A DNA stretch of 39,123 nucleotides from Candidatus Aenigmatarchaeota archaeon. GTDB lineage: Archaea; Aenigmatarchaeota; Aenigmatarchaeia; Aenigmatarchaeales; Aenigmatarchaeaceae. The notes beneath the pieces are model-generated. The model did not search any database and was not told the origin of the DNA. It saw only the letters and a program-made list of their open reading frames with translations. The stretch covers positions 1 to 39,123 of the forward strand of contig JAAOXY010000082.1 in NCBI GenBank assembly GCA_018221065.1, written 5' to 3'. A program made the translations under genes and the position numbers. This document shows, one piece after another, positions 29,578 to 38,822 of the stretch. Each line of letters begins with the position of its first letter. Position 1 is the stretch's first letter.

Positions 29578-30018
29578 ATGAATTGTGATGGGTGTACAAT
29601 GTGTTGTAATTTATTACATATACCCTGGATGGATTCTCCAGCAGGGGAATGGTGTAAACATTGTGATGTTGATAAAGGGTGTAAGATTTATAATACATCA
29701 CCAAAAAAATGCTTGAATTTTAATTGTGCATATAAACAGATGGAGAAAGCATCAATAAATCTACGGCCTGATAAATGTAGTGTAATATTTGAAAAGATTG
29801 GAGATAGAATCTTTATTGGAACTGTGGATCCAAAGGTGACCAAACTTCAAGAAATAGTATTTAGACAAATTGATGCTTTTCTAGCAGAAGGATTTTCTGT
29901 TGTACTATTTAATCAAAAAATCAAAGAGCCTTTGATTTATAATACTTTAGGAATTACACAAGATGAAGTTTGGAAAATTGTCCAAATGGAGGCACAAAAA
30001 TTAGATGACCGCTCCTAA
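29578..30018 (+). CDS. YkgJ-type CxxCxxCC putative Zn/Fe-chelating protein (146 aa)
   Basis: ORF track. N-terminal CDGCTMCC plus further Cys pairs. Confidence 0.7.
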   Translation: MNCDGCTMCCNLLHIPWMDSPAGEWCKHCDVDKGCKIYNTSPKKCLNFNCAYKQMEKASINLRPDKCSVIFEKIGDRIFIGTVDPKVTKLQEIVFRQIDAFLAEGFSVVLFNQKIKEPLIYNTLGITQDEVWKIVQMEAQKLDDRS

Positions 30019-31618
30019 TTATTCGACAGATTTAATATTAATTAATGATGCCGAAAGCGGTACATGGGTAGAAATGGGTTCTCCATATAATGCCGGTGGG
30101 GCACCAGATAATGGAGAGCAAGATTATTTTATTCAAGGTGCTGGTTGCACAAGTCAATCTCTTTCATCATCTAAATCTGGCCTATTATTCTCAATAGCAT
30201 ATGATAACGCTTCAGATTTAAGCGGCTCATTTGCAACAGATGATTGTTTCTTTATGTGGCAGGTACTACTTGCTGGAAATGCTATGGAAACTTTTGCTAA
30301 TGGTGGATTGCGTGCAGTTATAGGAGCAGATCAAAATAATGCTGATGTATGGTTTAGTGGAGGAAGTGATTTCGGTAGAAACCCATATGGTGGTTGGCAA
30401 AATGTTGCTATTGATCCTACCTATACTCCTGTTGATCAAACAATTGGTGGCGGAAGTGGAGGAGCTTGGCAGTTTTTTGGATCTCTTATTAACACTATAG
30501 CAGCTATTTCAAAAGGACAAATGCATGGAGTAGATGCTCTTAGATATGGACGTGGTGAACTTATAGTGGAAGGCGGTGATGGCCCCAATGGTTTTGCTAC
30601 ATTTGATGGGATGGCTGCTAATAATGATTCTCAAAATAACAGATGGGGACTTTTTCAAGATATAGCTGGTGGATTTTTATATAAAGGTCTAATGTCTATT
30701 GGAAGTGATGCAACAGCTGTAAATTTTGTAGACTTGAATAAGGTTATAAATATTGATGTTACTCCCAGAACATATTCTACTTTTAATAAGATTGAAATCA
30801 ATAACTCCAATACTAGAGTAAATTGGGACGGGATACTAATATCTTCTCTTGATGGAACATCATTATCACCAGGACAACTTGAAGTAACAGACGCAACTGC
30901 TGATGTTACCATGATTGACTGTGCGTTTACAGATATGGATACACTTATATTTCAAGAGGGGTGTGCCATTAATGGTACAACATTTCGTAGATGTGGATTA
31001 GTTTCTCAAAACAATGGAACTTTTGACGGGTGCACCTTTGATGAGTCTGATGCTACAGCTTCAATATTTGTTACAAATTTAGATAATATAACTAATAGTG
31101 ATTTTACTAGCGATGGTCTTAATCACGCCATAGAATTAAGTACCGATCATGCTGGAGGTACATTTTCATTAGATGGATGCACATTTAATGAATATGCTAT
31201 TTCAGATGGAGACACGGGAAACGAATCTATTTATAATAATAGTGGCGGAGCCGTGACGATAAATATAATAAACGGTTCTATTCCGTCTGTCAGAAACGGA
31301 GTTGGAGCTTCAACTACTGTAATATTATCTCTTGATTGGTATTTTGAAATTCAAAATGAAGCTGGAACTATCGTAACTAATGCAGAATTTAGAATATATG
31401 ATGATAACGATAATGAATTATATGGAGTTGAGACAAGTAGTGGAACTGAAAAATATACATTTAGCGGAACTATTTCTGGAACTGATGCCAGGATAGTAGT
31501 TCTGAGCCTTGATTATCTATATTTTACACAGACTTTAACTCATCCATCAACATCAAATTCTGCAGCGGCACCTATTGTAATTACTCTTGTTGTAGACAGA
31601 GTTTATGATAATCCATAA
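30005..31618 (+). CDS. putative tailspike / fibre protein with beta-helix-like repeats (537 aa)
   Basis: ORF track. Repetitive N.G.F..C.F segments (INGTTFRRCGLVSQNNGTFDGCTFDESD). The function is an inference. Confidence 0.7.
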   Translation: MTAPNYSTDLILINDAESGTWVEMGSPYNAGGAPDNGEQDYFIQGAGCTSQSLSSSKSGLLFSIAYDNASDLSGSFATDDCFFMWQVLLAGNAMETFANGGLRAVIGADQNNADVWFSGGSDFGRNPYGGWQNVAIDPTYTPVDQTIGGGSGGAWQFFGSLINTIAAISKGQMHGVDALRYGRGELIVEGGDGPNGFATFDGMAANNDSQNNRWGLFQDIAGGFLYKGLMSIGSDATAVNFVDLNKVINIDVTPRTYSTFNKIEINNSNTRVNWDGILISSLDGTSLSPGQLEVTDATADVTMIDCAFTDMDTLIFQEGCAINGTTFRRCGLVSQNNGTFDGCTFDESDATASIFVTNLDNITNSDFTSDGLNHAIELSTDHAGGTFSLDGCTFNEYAISDGDTGNESIYNNSGGAVTINIINGSIPSVRNGVGASTTVILSLDWYFEIQNEAGTIVTNAEFRIYDDNDNELYGVETSSGTEKYTFSGTISGTDARIVVLSLDYLYFTQTLTHPSTSNSAAAPIVITLVVDRVYDNP

Positions 31619-31636
31619 TTCTTCAAAGGAGGCGAA

Positions 31637-31858
31637 ATGGATAGTAGATATTTTTATATAATAGATTCAACTCTGGATTCGTTTCGATCTTTGGAGTATA
31701 CTTGTCGTGGTGAACCTCCTAAGAAGGGTGAGATAATAACACTAACAGATATCAAAACTAAAAAAATAAAAAAGTTTAAGATTGAATTTGTAAAAATTTC
31801 TAGTAATATATACATTCTAAAAAACTCGAATAATACTATAATTTTAAAAAGAAAATAA
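31637..31858 (+). CDS. hypothetical protein (73 aa)
   Basis: ORF track. GGAGG RBS. Confidence 0.6.
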   Translation: MDSRYFYIIDSTLDSFRSLEYTCRGEPPKKGEIITLTDIKTKKIKKFKIEFVKISSNIYILKNSNNTIILKRK

Positions 31859-31870
31859 GGAGACATAAAA

Positions 31871-33235
31871 ATGGCTAAGATAGTTGATCCAGATGATCTA
31901 AATCAAGGAACCGAAATTATCATTGATGCTACGGCATTAACAATTGCATTACAAGTTGCAGGAAATTTATCATGGGATGGGGTATCTTTAAAAGCCCTTT
32001 ACTCATTTATTAAGGAAGAGTGGAGATATGATGCTGATCTTATTCCAGTAGTCTTTCCATTTACTCCTATTACTGATGAACAGTTTGAACTAATCAATGG
32101 ATGGGATTTTGCTGATTCAACATCTGAGCTTCTTATTCGAGATGGTGGTTGGGCTGTAACCGATGTTGGTGTAACTTCAAAATCATTTTTTAATTTAACT
32201 ACGCTTGGATCGTTTGAAGATTCAAACAATGATAGAGCTTATTATATTCAACAAGCAGATCAAACTGCTGTTATATATACAAATTTGGCTGGTGAGGTAA
32301 ACCAGGGTATTCAATTCTTTCAAAATGGAGTATATGACTACTCTGACTTTTTTAAGATTTTCTTAAGAGAGCAGGGTAAAAGATATGATAGTTACGACCT
32401 TTTAACTGAACAGAATTTGACTTCATTGACTTACCGTAAGTATGCGTTGCCTTTATCAAACTCATTAGATGCTAATATTTCTGCTAGTGATAATGATATT
32501 GAAACAGATACTGGAGCCGCATATTCTACTATTACAGTATCGTACTATTCTACTGTGCAAAATAAAGATATTGGAGGTACTTTATATCCATTCCATGTTG
32601 TTATTGATGCTGCTGGTTTGACTAAAGATTTTGTTTATGAAAAGATTCAATATTTACTAAGGCAAGATGCTGATATTGATGCTGGCCCAGATTTTCTATA
32701 TGTCTGGGGTACAGTAACAGATGAATTATTACAATTTATTGGGAATGATCTTTATACCAATCTAACATCATTTGGTGGAACATTTATCGAGAATCATAAT
32801 GTTGACGATGAAAATAATATCTTTTTCACCGATGATAATGGAGTTGTAAGATTTTATCCATTTGTTTCAACTGGACAAATTAACTTTAATGATAACTTAC
32901 AAAATGATCCAGATGCTTTCTTCTGGATGTTCTATACAACAAACCCAAGTGGAAATTATGGAACAAAAGACGCTATTATTGTTCAAGATGCATCGGATTC
33001 AACTGCAAATGATATTGCGGCACTTATTAATGGAGCAGCAGCATATCAATTTACATATGATTATGATAATAATAACCAGGGAGGGAGAACCCCTGCAACT
33101 GATGCAGATATTACGCTTGTAGCTATTGGATTAGATACTGCTCAATATGTTTCAACTACAGGAACGATTGCTAGAGCGAAGAGTCAACAATACTCATTAG
33201 TTGCACCGCTTGAAAGAAACTATTCAAATCCGTAA
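31871..33235 (+). CDS. putative virion structural protein (454 aa)
   Basis: ORF track. AAGGAG RBS. No motif recognised; the call rests on context only. Confidence 0.75.
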   Translation: MAKIVDPDDLNQGTEIIIDATALTIALQVAGNLSWDGVSLKALYSFIKEEWRYDADLIPVVFPFTPITDEQFELINGWDFADSTSELLIRDGGWAVTDVGVTSKSFFNLTTLGSFEDSNNDRAYYIQQADQTAVIYTNLAGEVNQGIQFFQNGVYDYSDFFKIFLREQGKRYDSYDLLTEQNLTSLTYRKYALPLSNSLDANISASDNDIETDTGAAYSTITVSYYSTVQNKDIGGTLYPFHVVIDAAGLTKDFVYEKIQYLLRQDADIDAGPDFLYVWGTVTDELLQFIGNDLYTNLTSFGGTFIENHNVDDENNIFFTDDNGVVRFYPFVSTGQINFNDNLQNDPDAFFWMFYTTNPSGNYGTKDAIIVQDASDSTANDIAALINGAAAYQFTYDYDNNNQGGRTPATDADITLVAIGLDTAQYVSTTGTIARAKSQQYSLVAPLERNYSNP

Positions 33236-33256
33236 AATTTGAAAGGATAGATTTTT

Positions 33257-33823
33257 ATGCCATTTAAAAATGGAAACATTCCTTGGAACAAAGGTAAAAT
33301 TGGTTTACAGAAGGCTTGGAACAAAGGAATAAGTCGGTCAGAAGAAATAAAGAAAAAAATTAGTGAATCCTGTATTGGAAGAATATCTTCTTTTAAAGGT
33401 AAAAGACATACCAACGAAAGTAAAAAGAAAATGTCTCTTTCTAAAAAAGGAATATATTATGGAGTGAATAATCCTAACTATGGAAATGGAGAAAAAATGT
33501 TGGGCGAGAAAAACCCTGCATGGAAGGGCGGATCTTCGTTTCAAGGGTATTGTCAAGTATGGGGCGATTCAGAATATAAACATACTATTAGAATTAGAGA
33601 TTCATTTACTTGTCAAAATTGTGGAATAAGCGAGTTATTATCTTTAAAAGTTTTTGATGAAGTTTTAAGTATTCATCATATAGATTATGATAAACAAAAT
33701 TGTAATCCTAATAATTTAATTACTGTATGTAGGTCCTGTAATAGTAAAGCAAACAACCGAAGAGAAGAATGGATTGAAATATACAAGAATGTGATGGAGA
33801 AAAAATATGGATGTTGTCTTTGA
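33257..33823 (+). CDS. HNH homing endonuclease with NUMOD3-like repeats (188 aa)
   Basis: ORF track. Repeated G..W/HNKG..S.E.KKK.S units. C-terminal HHIDYD...NLITVCRSCN HNH motif. Confidence 0.85.
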   Translation: MPFKNGNIPWNKGKIGLQKAWNKGISRSEEIKKKISESCIGRISSFKGKRHTNESKKKMSLSKKGIYYGVNNPNYGNGEKMLGEKNPAWKGGSSFQGYCQVWGDSEYKHTIRIRDSFTCQNCGISELLSLKVFDEVLSIHHIDYDKQNCNPNNLITVCRSCNSKANNRREEWIEIYKNVMEKKYGCCL

Positions 33824-34301
33824 TGGAACTGCAAGGCTTATTATCATCAACACTGGGATAACAGAGATAGCTGCCGCTGATATTTATTCCTGGTGGAAGC
33901 AATGGGTTCTTGCTCAAAATGCAAATTTTTTAAGAGCATTCAGCACAACGGGAGGAGAACCTGTTTCGCCAACAACTGATATCTCAGCATACTTTTTTCT
34001 AGACAATGATTGGAGACTAAGACCGTGGGAAGGAGATCATCAACTTGTTATACAAGGAAATATCTTTGTTGCAGGCGGTGTTGGTAGTATTGTGGTGCCT
34101 ACTTTAGGTGATTATAATGTTCTTGTGACTAGCGAAGTTTCCCCTCAATCACAGGCAGTCTCAACTGGAGTTGGAACAGTAGACGAAGTTAAAGATGCTG
34201 TTTGGGATACACAAGTTTCAGAACATCAAGATAGCGGAACAACTGGAGAGGCGTTAGATAAGATTGATAAGAATACTACCTTAATACCAGGGACACTATA
34301 A
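33807..34301 (+). CDS. putative virion protein (164 aa)
   Basis: ORF track. Overlaps the HNH gene end by 17 nt. Confidence 0.75.
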   Translation: MDVVFDGTARLIIINTGITEIAAADIYSWWKQWVLAQNANFLRAFSTTGGEPVSPTTDISAYFFLDNDWRLRPWEGDHQLVIQGNIFVAGGVGSIVVPTLGDYNVLVTSEVSPQSQAVSTGVGTVDEVKDAVWDTQVSEHQDSGTTGEALDKIDKNTTLIPGTL

Positions 34302-34313
34302 AGGAGATTAAGC

Positions 34314-34835
34314 ATGCTACAGGGAGTTTTAAACGAACTTGTTTCTGAGCATTTTACTATTGCAGATAGTGATGGTAATTTAGTACCAGGAGTTGATCCT
34401 GCTTCTATTAGTCTCTTTGTTTATAATCCAAGCGGAACAGAAGTATCTGGCTCTGTTGGTGGTTCTATTTCAGAGTTGGGGGATGGAAATTATAAATATA
34501 CATTTACCCCAGATTCTATCGGCGTATGGTATGTAGTTGCTACTCACCCAACGTATTTTCCTTGGGGTAAAACAGATGACGTACAAGTGTTTAATGTTGA
34601 CATTGATGATGTTTATACTGAAGTAGAAAAAACTTTAGGACTATCTAAACATAATATGTTTATTGATGATGCAACTTATGATGAGTATGGGAATATGGTT
34701 TCAGCAAGAGTAAGGACATATTCTGATCCTACATCAGTTGGTACATCAAGCGATGTAATTGAAACATATCGAATAACTGCTGATGGAAGTGAATGTGGGC
34801 AATTCACCTTTTGGAAGCAAGTGGTTGGACCATAA
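34314..34835 (+). CDS. putative virion protein (173 aa)
   Basis: ORF track. Confidence 0.75.
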   Translation: MLQGVLNELVSEHFTIADSDGNLVPGVDPASISLFVYNPSGTEVSGSVGGSISELGDGNYKYTFTPDSIGVWYVVATHPTYFPWGKTDDVQVFNVDIDDVYTEVEKTLGLSKHNMFIDDATYDEYGNMVSARVRTYSDPTSVGTSSDVIETYRITADGSECGQFTFWKQVVGP

Positions 34836-34847
34836 AAGGAGATATAA

Positions 34848-35060
34848 ATGAGCGTAAGTATAGCAACCGGTGGGATGTTTCAAGAGTGTTGTGGATCCCA
34901 AATTAGTACAGGAGGCGCTCCATCTGCTCCAGCATTAGCCGAAAAATATGAGCTAGATCCTTTTAGTGTAAAAATTATAAAAGTTTATTTTGAAGATGTT
35001 AAGAAAAAACACAAACTTCCAAAAATTTCTATTAGGGAAGTTAGATTTGATGATTTTTAA
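34848..35060 (+). CDS. hypothetical protein (70 aa)
   Basis: ORF track. AAGGAG RBS. Confidence 0.6.
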   Translation: MSVSIATGGMFQECCGSQISTGGAPSAPALAEKYELDPFSVKIIKVYFEDVKKKHKLPKISIREVRFDDF

Positions 35061-35071
35061 GAGAGGTAAAA

Positions 35072-35683
35072 ATGTTATATTTAAATCCAAATAAAGAAAA
35101 GACATTGACTTTTGAAGTTCAATTATCAGGAGCTTCTTCAAGTGAGATAACTGGTTATGTTAGATTCATAGTTGAGGGAGTTGAAATTGGATTTCCTGCT
35201 ATAATAAAAGAGGATGAAATACAAGCAGTTATAAGTCCATTGAAAAACTTTTTAAAGAATCCTTTAAAGAATGGTACTATTTTTGAAGCAAATCTAGAAC
35301 TATACACAGAAGAACAAGAATATTTTAATGCATGGAAGGGCGAAATAGAAGTTAAGATGCCAGTTATGATTGAAGCGAAATTAAATGAAGAAGAAAAGGT
35401 TTCTGGTGTTTCTGTTAAAGCCAAAATGGTAGCGCCAAAAGAAAAACCATCACAGGGTAAAGTAATTACGGAAACTAAAATCAGCAAAAAAGAACAACTA
35501 AAAACGAAACTTAGAAACCTAACAGAAGAAGATATCTATAATTATATGGCGAGAGCAGGTACGAAAAATAAACAGATTCAAGAAATTGTTTTATCTGAAG
35601 CTCGAAAGAAAGCTGAGTCAGGAGACTTGTTAAAAGTATTCAAGGAAGTTGTAAACGCTCTAAAAAAACCTAAGAAAAGATAG
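35072..35683 (+). CDS. hypothetical protein (203 aa)
   Basis: ORF track. Confidence 0.75.
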   Translation: MLYLNPNKEKTLTFEVQLSGASSSEITGYVRFIVEGVEIGFPAIIKEDEIQAVISPLKNFLKNPLKNGTIFEANLELYTEEQEYFNAWKGEIEVKMPVMIEAKLNEEEKVSGVSVKAKMVAPKEKPSQGKVITETKISKKEQLKTKLRNLTEEDIYNYMARAGTKNKQIQEIVLSEARKKAESGDLLKVFKEVVNALKKPKKR

Positions 35684-35828
35684 GAGGAAACTCTTGAGAT
35701 TAAACTGGAGACTACGCAGAAGATGGCAAATAAAAGAGTTTAGAAAGGCAAGATGTAAATTAAAGCAAAAGAGGAAATAAAAATATTACAAACGGAAGTT
35801 GAAGGTTCAATGAACCGAGGAGTTGGTT

Positions 35829-36194
35829 ATGAAGAAAGAAATAAAAAACTATTGGAGAGCATTTGGGGTTAAATGTCTTGAAAATTTAGCATCAGTTAAA
35901 GTATGGTTTTTTATATTACCATTTATTGTCTCAACCTTAATATTAGTATGGCTTGTTGGATCACACGTCCTTTTTGTTAAACTGATGCTGGCCAAAGTTG
36001 ATACCCCTACAATGGTAGCTGTTCTAAAAGAAATGAAAACGATTACTGAAACATTTATTGCTTGGTGCACATTTAATGTAAGTTTGGCTGGTACTATAAT
36101 TGTTGTTCGTGAAACATTTAAAGTTAAAAAGTTAATTGCATTAAATGATGAAGAAAAAGATAATTCCGATACCATTGATAAAATGAACGCATAA
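35829..36194 (+). CDS. two-TM membrane protein, holin candidate
   Basis: ATG 35829 lies 8 nt after GAGGAG (the track uses TTG 35823). Two hydrophobic helices. Heads the lysis cluster. Confidence 0.6.
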   Translation: MKKEIKNYWRAFGVKCLENLASVKVWFFILPFIVSTLILVWLVGSHVLFVKLMLAKVDTPTMVAVLKEMKTITETFIAWCTFNVSLAGTIIVVRETFKVKKLIALNDEEKDNSDTIDKMNA

Positions 36195-36204
36195 GGAGGC
36201 GAAT

Positions 36205-36549
36205 ATGGGACCTGAAACTATTTTATATGGACTTGGTGCAATTGGTATTTTTGGGGCATTAGCTTTATTCCTCCCAAAACTATTGGGAAAATCAAAGAAA
36301 AATAAGATTCTTGACAAATTTAAAAAAGACGAAAAACAAAAAGAATTACAAGAAGAATCTGTAGTAATATCAAAAGAGCAACAAGTTATAGCTAAACAGA
36401 TAAAAGCATCAGATCATGCTTCAGAAGAAACCAAAAAGAAAATCAAAAAGAAGCTACAAAAGGCAGCAGTAGAAATTCAAAAAACATTAAAAGAAGATAA
36501 TATAGCTTCAATTGATGAACAGATTGACGAAGAGTGGAAGGATCTATAA
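36205..36549 (+). CDS. N-terminally anchored charged protein (114 aa)
   Basis: ORF track. TM segment ILYGLGAIGIFGALALFL. Confidence 0.7.
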   Translation: MGPETILYGLGAIGIFGALALFLPKLLGKSKKNKILDKFKKDEKQKELQEESVVISKEQQVIAKQIKASDHASEETKKKIKKKLQKAAVEIQKTLKEDNIASIDEQIDEEWKDL

Positions 36550-36550
36550 A

Positions 36551-37087
36551 ATGAAAAAACTAATAGCATTAATAATCATTGGATCATTTGTTTTGTTAGC
36601 TTGTGCTCCGCCACCGTTTAAACCATTTAAACCGGAGATAATTAAGTTTGAACCGTCTCCTTCATATTCAGTTACAGATCAGATTAATGCCATACCAAAA
36701 CCACAACCGCCAAAGAGAATATATGTAAAAAAGATATCTGATAAAGATTTTGAGGTTGTAGCTGCCAAAGAGGAAGCTACTCATATTATGCTGGCTCCAG
36801 CTGAATATGCTAAAGTTGGCGCATTGGTTAAGTTAACAAAAACTTATAAAGAGTTAGTTTTAGATCAAGAGGTATTAATGAATACATATATTGATCAAAT
36901 CAATGCTCTTAAAGAACTTCTTGCAATGGAACAGAGAAAGGCAGAGGTTTATAGAGAACTATGGATGAGCTCTGAAAATGCATACAGATATGAAGTTTGG
37001 GAACACAAATGGGATAACAGGATTAATAAAGCAGGCCTTTATGGAATTACAGTTGGGTCAATTATAGTATTGCTGTTACTACTCTAA
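36551..37087 (+). CDS. unimolecular spanin candidate (lipoprotein signal plus C-terminal TM)
   Basis: In-frame ATG 36551. MKKLIALIIIGSFVLLAC lipobox, a Pro-rich linker, a coiled segment, and a C-terminal LYGITVGSIIVLLLLL. Immediately upstream of the endolysin. Confidence 0.65.
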   Translation: MKKLIALIIIGSFVLLACAPPPFKPFKPEIIKFEPSPSYSVTDQINAIPKPQPPKRIYVKKISDKDFEVVAAKEEATHIMLAPAEYAKVGALVKLTKTYKELVLDQEVLMNTYIDQINALKELLAMEQRKAEVYRELWMSSENAYRYEVWEHKWDNRINKAGLYGITVGSIIVLLLLL

Positions 37088-37097
37088 GGAGAATCAT

Positions 37098-37532
37098 ATG
37101 TATAAACCAAATCATTTTGGAATTAAAGAACTAGTTCCAAAATCTTTATATAATAAATATTCAAGCAGAGGTGATAACTTTTTATTTCAAGTTATATTTG
37201 ATGAACGTCTTTTGAGGATAATTGATACGATCAGAGAAGAGTTTGGATCAATGACTGTAAACAATTGGTCATGGGGTGGACCATTTCAATATCGAGGAAT
37301 TCGACCTCCTGATTCTAATATTGGTGCTGCATTAAGTCAACATAGATTTGGAAGAGCTGTTGATATGACTCCAAAAAATATATCCCCAGATGATATGAGG
37401 AAGCAAATTATTGATGACCAAAATTCTGATAAATGGAAAGATATTGGTGGTCTTGAAATGGGTATAACATGGTTTCATGTTGATGTTAGAGCAAGAACCG
37501 ACGATAAAAAAATAAATTTGTTTTACCCATAA
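37098..37532 (+). CDS. peptidase M15-family endolysin (144 aa)
   Basis: ORF track. SQHRFGRAVD (Hx6D zinc ligands) and WFHVD. Confidence 0.85.
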   Translation: MYKPNHFGIKELVPKSLYNKYSSRGDNFLFQVIFDERLLRIIDTIREEFGSMTVNNWSWGGPFQYRGIRPPDSNIGAALSQHRFGRAVDMTPKNISPDDMRKQIIDDQNSDKWKDIGGLEMGITWFHVDVRARTDDKKINLFYP

Positions 37533-37543
37533 GGAATATTAAA

Positions 37544-37888
37544 ATGGACTGGAAAAAGTTTATAACCCCTGGAATTATTGTGGTTGTTATCATATCTCTA
37601 GTTGGAATAATCTATAATGGGCTTGCTTCTGAATTGAACGAAAAAGCAGATAATAAAACAATTCAGATGTATATTTTACAGCAGGAAAAAGATTCTGTTA
37701 GACGGGATAAGTTTTCTGAGGAACAAAAAAAAGAGAATGAACTAAAGCAGAGAGAACTTGAACTAAAGCAGAGAGAACTTGAACTAAAACAAAAAGAACT
37801 CGAAACCAAACAGTCCGGAGATGATGATAAGTTTATGATGCAACAAAAATCATTAGAACAATTAATAGAAGTATTAAAGGAGAAGTAA
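37544..37888 (+). CDS. N-terminally anchored coiled-coil protein (114 aa)
   Basis: ORF track. TM helix followed by an ELKQRELELKQRELELKQKELE repeat. Confidence 0.7.
   Translation: MDWKKFITPGIIVVVIISLVGIIYNGLASELNEKADNKTIQMYILQQEKDSVRRDKFSEEQKKENELKQRELELKQRELELKQKELETKQSGDDDKFMMQQKSLEQLIEVLKEK
37739..37801 (+). repeat. 3 x 21-nt tandem repeat (GAACTAAAGCAGAGAGAACTT)
   Basis: Units at 37739-37759, 37760-37780 and 37781-37801 (degenerate). In frame and encoding heptads. Confidence 0.8.
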
Positions 37889-38208
37889 TGGATTCAGCTT
37901 TATTTGATGCGATCAATTCTATACAATGGGCGTTACTTTTAAAGTTGGCGGTTGTTGCGGTTCTTGGCTTATATTTAAAAAAACATTTTGATAATTTTGC
38001 ATCTTATATGATGTTTAGATCAAATAAGGACCTTGGAAAAAATGTTAAAGTATTACTCGATGGGAGAGAGGGTTTCATTACTCAAGTTAGTTGGAGGTTT
38101 ATCTATGTAGAATTTCATGATAAGAGTACTGAAAGAATTATTCCTATTACTAAATGGACTTCCTTAAAATGGGAAGTCTGTAAAAATGGAAAAGATAATA
38201 AGGAGTAA
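37888..38208 (+). CDS. membrane protein (106 aa)
   Basis: ORF track. TAATG overlap. One TM helix. Confidence 0.7.
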   Translation: MDSALFDAINSIQWALLLKLAVVAVLGLYLKKHFDNFASYMMFRSNKDLGKNVKVLLDGREGFITQVSWRFIYVEFHDKSTERIIPITKWTSLKWEVCKNGKDNKE

Positions 38209-38211
38209 AAA

Positions 38212-38742
38212 ATGGATAAACTATTATATCTTATTACTGGCTATGAAATAGCAGAGTCAGAAAATTATTCTGATAAAGCTAAAGTACAGCTTATAACTTG
38301 GTTGAATGAAGCTACAGAATCCCAAGTTAAGGCTTTTTTGCTGGATGGAAAAATCGTTAGATTGAATGAACAGGAGGAAGAGTCTGTAAATGATCGATTT
38401 GAAATTAGTGAAGTTGGGGGACGGATTGCCAAGTTGAGAAAATCTTGGTCTAGTCAAGCGGGATCTGGGGCTGGAATGAATGTCTTTTGGCTTGCATATA
38501 GAAAATTAAGATCTATGTTTTCAGCTTGTACTAAAAGGTGTGGTACATATGAAGTTAATACTTCAAGAAGACAACACTGTATGATTAAATGTAAAGTACA
38601 ACAAGCACAGGGTGAAATAGCTGCTGCTAAAAAAGCTAATAATGCTGCCGCAGTTCAGAAAGCTTCAGCAAAATTGGCGAAGGCAAATGCAGCGCTTTCA
38701 AAATCTCAAGCTTCATTTGGATCTCGTGGAGCAGATAGATAA
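38212..38742 (+). CDS. hypothetical protein (176 aa), paralog of 38823..
   Basis: ORF track. The N-terminal 60 aa align with the next gene. Confidence 0.75.
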   Translation: MDKLLYLITGYEIAESENYSDKAKVQLITWLNEATESQVKAFLLDGKIVRLNEQEEESVNDRFEISEVGGRIAKLRKSWSSQAGSGAGMNVFWLAYRKLRSMFSACTKRCGTYEVNTSRRQHCMIKCKVQQAQGEIAAAKKANNAAAVQKASAKLAKANAALSKSQASFGSRGADR

Positions 38743-38764
38743 AAGATCTAATCTGTTGAAATTT

Positions 38765-38774
38765 TAAGAACAAA
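38765..38774 (+). promoter_or_regulatory. + strand operon motif TAAGAACAAA
   Basis: 48 nt upstream of ATG 38823. Confidence 0.4.
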
Positions 38775-38822
38775 TAATAAAATAATTATCTTAATTTCGT
38801 AGAAAAACTAAGGAGCATAAAA

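Noticed and set aside
35695-35781. 28-codon TTG-initiated basic mini-ORF after 35072..35683
   Set aside because: A GGAGG is present, but the ORF is tiny, uses a non-ATG start and has no corroborating signal.
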